The notes under the pieces are model-generated. The model saw only the letters and a program-made list of their open reading frames with translations, was not told the origin of the DNA and did not search any database. DNA of 64,000 bases from the NCBI RefSeq assembly GCF_009914755.1, contig NC_060936.1. One strand, 5' to 3'. Shown in pieces: positions 57,441 through 64,000 of this stretch. Every line of letters starts with the position of its first letter. Position 1 is the first letter of the stretch. This DNA comes from the human T2T-CHM13v2.0 reference genome, Homo sapiens. Both the position numbers and the translations under genes were made by a program.

Positions 57441-58423
57441 CTATTTAAAAAAAAAGTATTATTAGCTTCACATTTTCTTTAGTCCACAGATGCAAGAAAA
57501 AGAAAACAATTGGTCTCATCTTTAAAGTAACTTAAAAACCTAAAGATTCTAATGACATGTACTAGCTCACAGCTTCAAGGTAGAGCTATGACATAATTTA
57601 TCACCCAAACCAGGACCCTTCTGAGTGGAAAGAGGTGCTACTAAAAATTACACCAGAACAAAAGGAGTAATTAGGACTCTGCTATTTTAAGGCTAAGTGA
57701 CATTACCTTTTCAGTCCACTTAACAGTAACTATGATTCAACTGCTTTTTCATTATTATCAAATGAATTCACATTTGTTAAACTGCAAATTATAATTAAGA
57801 AATTAAAAGTCATAATTTATAAAGATTATTCTACTATATCTAAACTAGAAAAACAGTGTTACGTTAGTGTAAATAAGTACATAATAGCATACCTCTCTTG
57901 GATACTTGCTAATTCACAAATAATGCAAACTTGAAATTAGAAAGTAAAATGTGCCTAACATACAGGCACTCATTCATACATTATTTTGTTCATTAGTTCA
58001 TTCATCATTTGTTCATTCTCATCTTTTGAGCCTTCTGCATGTCAGAAAACATATTCAAAGATGAAGTAAAATAGAACACCTGCCCTTAAGGAGGACACAG
58101 GCTAGGCAGTGGTTCTCAAACGGGAGCTACCTTCCCCACCAACTAATGTATGTTTGGAAATATCTGAAGCAGTCATAATTATTAACTAAGCAGTGCTCCT
58201 TGCATTTACTGGAGAGGAGCCATGAACACAAATATCCCGCAATTTCAGAGGCAATCCTGCACAGTGAATTAACTGTATTGTGTAAAAACCCAATGGCATC
58301 GTTTTTAAAAAAAATTTTTTTTTAACCAGGCAGGCTGATACACCAAAGGATTAGCAAAGTGTTAAATAAAGATGGAACACCACAATTTAATAATTCTGGA
58401 TCTTAAATTACATAACTTCTTAC

Positions 58424-58543
58424 CATACTTAATTGGTCCTGTAGACTGTTCCTCATCACTACTGAAGCTATTATCTGAAATAGGTTTTCTCCAAAACTTT
58501 GGCTTCCACTTTCTTTTATCTTTGTAGGTTGTAAATGGAGGAG
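58424..58543 (-). CDS. ZFC3H1: ZFC3H1 exon
   Basis: PPFTTYKDKRKWKPKFWRKPISDNSFSSDEEQSTGPIKY; 120 nt. Confidence 0.92.
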
Positions 58544-58663
58544 CTAAAGTAGATAGGAGAAGATTGTTAATTGATATAACTAGTTTTTTTTTTAACATTT
58601 TGAAGGATACTCAAATAATATTTGAGAAGAACTACATTCACTCCATCTTAGAAATGATACGTA

Positions 58664-59000
<337 letters not shown>

Positions 59001-59059
59001 TAATACCAACAAAATTTCTGTCATACAGAAACTAAAAAGTCCTTTTCAGAAAGAGATAC

Positions 59060-59062
<3 letters not shown>

Positions 59063-59106
<44 letters not shown>
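59063..59106. repeat. (AC)22 microsatellite
   Basis: Direct read. Confidence 0.95.
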
Positions 59107-59108
<2 letters not shown>

Positions 59109-59122
59109 ATATATGTACTTAC

Positions 59123-59224
59123 TATGACCTTTACTTTCATTGATATTGCTAACAAGGAGAACAGCCATCTGGTCCATTGACATTCGATCTTTGTTTACTC
59201 CAAAAAGTTTCTCAACATATTTTT
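59123..59224 (-). CDS. ZFC3H1: ZFC3H1 exon
   Basis: KYVEKLFGVNKDRMSMDQMAVLLVSNINESKGH; 102 nt. Confidence 0.9.
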
Positions 59225-59826
59225 CTGAAATAAGAGCAATGCAATCTTCATGATAAATATCAATTACAGAGACTAGGATAATTAAAATGTATGACGTGAA
59301 CTAGTTTAAGAATTAAAGGCGATTATATGGTACTAGTCAATAACACCTATGGCATTTGAAAGGGCAAAGCCTGTATTATCTTAACTACTATGGCAAATCC
59401 TACCACATCATATACCCCATTTGGGATTAAAAAAAAAAAAAAGTAGTTCCTAAAATGAACAAAGTAATTAAGTTAAAGTCCCAAATTGGGAGTGATAAAA
59501 TAGATTCAGTGACATTACAATCACTCTGGGCTGTGATAACACCAAATTTAGTAATTATTATTTTCTTTACTTCCAAAAGATTTGTAGCTTGAGGTTTATT
59601 ACTTGGCACCAAATCTGAGAAAAAGCTTAATAATATTTGCTCACAAGTGTATCAAGTCTTATTTCATTATAGAATTGGAAACAACAGCCATCGTAATTTC
59701 CAGCCTTCCTCTATTTTTTGAAAACAATAAGTAAAAATAGGCTCCTATGTTAAAATCAATAGTAAAGTTTCTATACAAATAGCTTAATATTTTCTTTTAA
59801 ATAAATGGAACTAAATATTTAAATGA

Positions 59827-59980
59827 GCTCTGTCCAAAGAACTTTCTGAAATGTTGGAAATGTCTTAAATCTGTGCTGTCCTACTGGCATGCACTTGCCA
59901 CATGTGGCCATTGGGTACTTGAAATGTGGCTAGTGTAACAGAGGAAGTAAATTTTTACCGTAATTATACTGGATACAGCA
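59827..59980. mobile_element. MER3-like hAT element
   Basis: GCCACATGTGGCCATTGGGTACTTGAAATGTGGCTAGTGTAAC core. Confidence 0.7.
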
Positions 59981-60113
59981 AATCTAGATAAAGTATTATG
60001 GGTAAATACACTGAATTATAGTAAGTATTTTACAATGTCAACAACTAATATAGAATTTTTAAGTTGCCTAAATTCAATTTTCATTTGGGAGAGAATAGGA
60101 AGTCTTTAAAAAC

Positions 60114-60235
60114 CTGCTGAAGCAGTAATTTCTTCATTAGTACTTGTCTCTGCACAACCAATCAAAGACAGATTATATGACAGAATGTCCTGGAATAACT
60201 GTTTTCGGCTAAGTGTATAGTCTTGTATATGCTGC
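60114..60235 (-). CDS. ZFC3H1: ZFC3H1 exon (carries the zinc-finger His)
   Basis: QHIQDYTLSRKQLFQDILSYNLSLIGCAETSTNEEITASA; 122 nt; weak GTTTTT donor. Confidence 0.88.
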
Positions 60236-60336
60236 CTAAGATAAAAAAAAACACAGAAAAGATAATCATGTACATATCAAAGTTAAGCAAACAAGACCAT
60301 TTTTCAAATTACAAAATGTTCACAAAAACTACTCAC

Positions 60337-60468
60337 CATTGACAATCATCATCATTACATGTTCCTGTTAAATCAAAACGGCAGAAACACTGATCCGGTT
60401 CAATCATATTACTGTATGATACTGAGCTCAGGGGAAGTTTTTCCTTGGTTCGATAATATGGACTAAAT
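60337..60468 (-). CDS. ZFC3H1: ZFC3H1 exon encoding the CCCH zinc finger
   Basis: FSPYYRTKEKLPLSSVSYSNMIEPDQCFCRFDLTGTCNDDDCQ(W)|QH = C-x7-C-x4-C-x3-H; 132 nt. Confidence 0.93.
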
Positions 60469-61291
60469 CTAAGGTGAAGAGAGTGAACAGGTATATTATG
60501 CCCAACAAACATTCCTCAGAAAACTAAGAAAACTTTAGTTTTTCTTTCTCAAGTTAAAATTTCCATGCTTACTATTTATGAGCTATTTATCTAATTAAAT
60601 TAATGCCAAAATTAATTCGAGAAAAGACCTAGAATATCAAGGGATAGAAACAAGTTGCTTTTATACCAAGAACATAAAATAGTTTAAACAGAAAAAAAAC
60701 CTTGTATTCTAAAAGTAGTTTCTCACCACATAATAAAATACTATATAATACCGGTATTTCTTACACACATTACCAGCCAAGACAAGAAAATCTGGAAAAA
60801 GTCTATATTACCTGGAAGGTGCTTTACAATTTTAAGATAAAAACATGCAACCCTTTAACATTCTCACAACTTTTAAAAGTCTAAATGGGGGACCCACAAA
60901 GTTAATCATATGAAAATGTCTAAATAAATTTTATGAAGGCTGGCCAATGCACTTCTTAGACTGAATAACAGTAAAATTAAAAATCAAAAATTAAAAAAAA
61001 CCTCTAAGATTCCAATTATTTTTCCTAAAATTCCTAACAAACAGAAATCCAAAATTCTCCACACTTCTACCAATAGCCAGAAACTGGAATTTGATACGAA
61101 CTGATAAATCCAAGAGTGTGGTTTGAGCCCAACGGCAGGACACTTAATTTTTATGTTCCTTAAAAGGGTAAGTCTGGTTATCAATAGCAATGATTCAATT
61201 GCTTTTTCATTATCATCAAATATTCAAGATAAAATATTAAAAACCAAACAGAAATCCTGAAATTCAAGCTTATTGAATCTTTCTTTTATAC

Positions 61292-61401
61292 CTGTAGGAC
61301 TTAAAAACTAGAAGAGGACTATGGTAGGGTCTAAAAGGACATGGCTTCACTTCCATTGTTTTACTTTGTGCTGTGACAAAATCCACATCTACAGAAATCT
61401 C
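61292..61401 (-). CDS. ZFC3H1: ZFC3H1 exon
   Basis: EISVDVDFVTAQSKTMEVKPCPFRPYHSPLLVFKSY(R); 110 nt. Confidence 0.92.
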
Positions 61402-61485
61402 CTGCAAAAGAAAATAATAATTCTGTAAGGCAAATAAGGCTGGGTGAATTCCAGATTTTAAAGAAAATATGAAATGTTCAGTTAC

Positions 61486-62028
61486 CTGACCATGCAAAAC
61501 CTTCTCTGTAATGCCTGTGGTGGTTTTTAAAATCAGCTGTTTTAGGCTGTCAGCTTTTGAATACAATTTTTGCAATTCACCAATTTTTAACCCTAGAAAA
61601 AGTTCTGGTTTTTCTACAGTATTTTTATTAAGTTTGTTTATGCATTCTTTGTTAGCAGTATCAGTGTGCTTAAGGTTAGGTTTAGTAAAATAATTGGATT
61701 CTAAAAAAGATCTTCTTCGCTCTCTGCTTGAACCAGACAAAATTTCATCATCAACATCATTTTCTTCAGTGTCCAGGGTTAATTTATCTTGTGTCAGATC
61801 ATGAAGTGAGGGTTGAGGTAAAGAAAATTCGGGTTCCTCTTCCACAACTGGAGAGATATTTTGTTGTTCCTTTGCTTTAAGGGCACGGGCTTCTTTTAAT
61901 TTTTGAATTTTCAGGGCATATTCATATTCTAGCTTTTGTAACCGTCTTTTCTCCATAGCAATTAGTTCTGCTGAATGCTTTCTTGGACTTGATACTGGAG
62001 AACTGTCCAGTCTCATCATTTTGTTTGG
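61486..62028 (-). CDS. ZFC3H1: ZFC3H1 large exon, coiled coil
   Basis: PNKMMRLDSSPV...EKVLHGQ; 543 nt; overlaps ORF 61270-62019. Confidence 0.93.
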
Positions 62029-62399
62029 CTAAGGGAGAAAAATGATACACGTATTTTACATCACTGTGATTTTATAAACAATTTTTGGTAAGATAATTGT
62101 GCTATCCCCACCATACAATGCCAACATTATAAAACTAAATCAATATGGAGAATAAAACAGAGTTTAACATAAGTAGCCAAAAGTTTTGCTAGTTAATCTA
62201 TGACTTATGACAAAAACAAAGTCAAGACAAAATAATAAAGTAGACATCCAAAAATGTGGATGTCATTTAAAAACAAAGCTTTAATCTTAATCTCTTGGAA
62301 TTTACAGCAAAGAGTTACTTTATATATACATCTTACCCTTAAAACTATCATAAAAACTTTCTGCTTTCCAAAAGTAAAATATTTCTATAAAACCCTCAC

Positions 62400-62531
62400 C
62401 CCAAAGCGATCTTGTTCCAGTTTACGTTTTCCTATTTCTTTACTGGCCACTGCCTTTGCCCGAGCAAGCTCTTCTCCATATTTTAGAGTCAAAGCTTTCT
62501 TAATTGTAACACGCTGTTGAACTCTGTGAAT
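62400..62531 (-). CDS. ZFC3H1: ZFC3H1 exon
   Basis: IHRVQQRVTIKKALTLKYGEELARAKAVASKEIGKRKLEQDRFG; 132 nt. Confidence 0.92.
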
Positions 62532-62777
62532 CTGAAAAATATAGAATAATCCTGAAAATGTAAATGAAAACCTTAAAACAGGAAATTTCTTCTTCTCAAA
62601 CACCGCGGCTTTTGAGCATTCAACTGAAAATAAAAATATTCCAATATTATTTCTCAACAAGAAACTATAGGTTATGCATATTTTGCTGGCTTTAGTATAC
62701 AGTGGTTTGTCTTACAGAAAATTTGGCCTATAAAAATGTGTAGTAAACAGGAGACTACAGTATTTTAAAATAATTAC

Positions 62778-62952
62778 TTGTTCCTGAAGCTTCTTCAAAA
62801 ACATTCTGTTAACATTAAGAATTTTTTCAGTTGCTTGAAGCTGTTCTGTAAGTTTTGTAATCTTTGCTTCAGCATTTCTAACAGATTCTTTCTTCTTAGC
62901 TTCTTGTTGCACTAAATTCTTTAAAACAGATTCATCTTTCATCAAGAGAATC
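62778..62952 (-). CDS. ZFC3H1: ZFC3H1 exon, coiled coil
   Basis: ILLMKDESVLKNLVQQEAKKK...LKKLQEQ; 175 nt. Confidence 0.92.
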
Positions 62953-63263
62953 CTAAATGAGAAATAACAAAATTCTTGTTAATGTTTCCCTACAAGAGCA
63001 GACTGTCAGAATAAAAAAATTTTCAAAGTAATAACACAATTTTTAAAAATGCATCTACGAGACACAGATAAAAATGTAAAGGGATGAATATTTTTATATT
63101 CATCACACAGGTATTTAAATTAACATTGCTACACTGATAATAGTAACTATGAGACTGATCTTTTAAAAAAAAAAATTTAAGCCTGAGGTAACGTGAATTA
63201 CTGTTGAAAACTTGTAGTAAATATTCAACGTTGGGCCAGGCACAGTGGGAATGCATTTCCCTA

Positions 63264-63471
63264 GTTCAAGCGATTCTCCCGCCTCAGCCTCCCAAGTAGC
63301 TGGGATTACAAGGCATGCACCACCATGCCCAGCTAATTTTTTTGTATTTTTAGTAGAGACAGGGTTTCACCGTGTTGGCCAGGCTAGTCTCAAACTCCTG
63401 ATCTCAAGTGATCCACCCACCTCGGCCTCTCAAATTGCTATGATTATAGGCGTGAGCCACCGCGCCTGGCC
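63264..63471 (-). mobile_element. AluS lacking its 3' end and tail
   Basis: Antisense Alu begins abruptly at GTTCAAGCGATTCTCC. Confidence 0.9.
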
Positions 63472-63668
63472 GGTATTTTTATTTAAACATTAATTTCATT
63501 ACTTTATGTAAATGTAGTGTCATTCAACAAAATGACAGACTTCTACATTCTACAAAGTTTAAGTGAGAAAATGTATAATCTTATAGTACGCTTATTAATA
63601 ACATACACCACAAAAATGTATTTCTCTACCACAGGAACAATTAGATATGTGAAGATAACAAGGCTCAC

Positions 63669-63818
63669 CTATGTTTTTTCAGTTTTGATTCTGCATCTGT
63701 AACCTGCTTAGTAACCATTGCTATCCTGCCAATACCATCAATTTCCACATCAGAGTTTGCTGGGGATGATGAACTTGTCTTCAGCTGATCTGATTTAATC
63801 AAACGCTGTTTCTCACGG
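63669..63818 (-). CDS. ZFC3H1: ZFC3H1 exon (most 5' exon in window; gene continues beyond it)
   Basis: REKQRLIKSDQLKTSSSSPANSDVEIDGIGRIAMVTKQVTDAESKLKKH(R); 150 nt. Confidence 0.9.
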
Positions 63819-64000
63819 CTAAAATTATCAAAAAGGATATATGCATTACACCCAAGAATAAACTTAAACTATTTTTAAAATGTATTCTATTTCATGCAGT
63901 AACAATATTAATCACACCGACTAATAATAAAGATGATGACCAATATGCAAGACCCAAGTCAGCATTCAAAGTTGATAGTGGAGTCCTTCTCTTTGAGTGT

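Overview
This is mammalian genomic DNA, human by recognition of the protein sequences and an AluYa5. It holds the 3' ends of two convergent genes. On the + strand are the last 7 exons of LGR5 (R-spondin receptor: final LRRs, hinge, 7TM and C-tail; stop at 14239, poly(A) signals near 15780). On the - strand are the last 24 coding exons of ZFC3H1 (PAXT/nuclear-exosome adaptor; 3610 coding nt, about 1202 aa, including the CCCH finger; stop at 39935). All 31 exons were joined by hand through GT-AG introns with consistent reading phase. The roughly 23 kb between the genes is a mosaic of Alu, L1, ERV1/MaLR LTRs, MIR, L2 and hAT elements. There is no prokaryote-type system and no recognisable RNA gene. 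The best leads are: an apparent ancient L1 3' transduction inside a MaLR LTR; two locally templated insertions inside Alus; a recursive-splice-site-like motif in an LGR5 intron, embedded in mutually exclusive hairpins; a TCF/LEF motif cluster and a Pumilio-element cluster in LGR5; a young AluYa5 just past the LGR5 3' end; and several routes to unproductive ZFC3H1 splicing (3'UTR intron, competing donor, in-frame retainable intron). Functional readings are inference, and repeat subfamily names come from remembered consensus sequences, not from a search.
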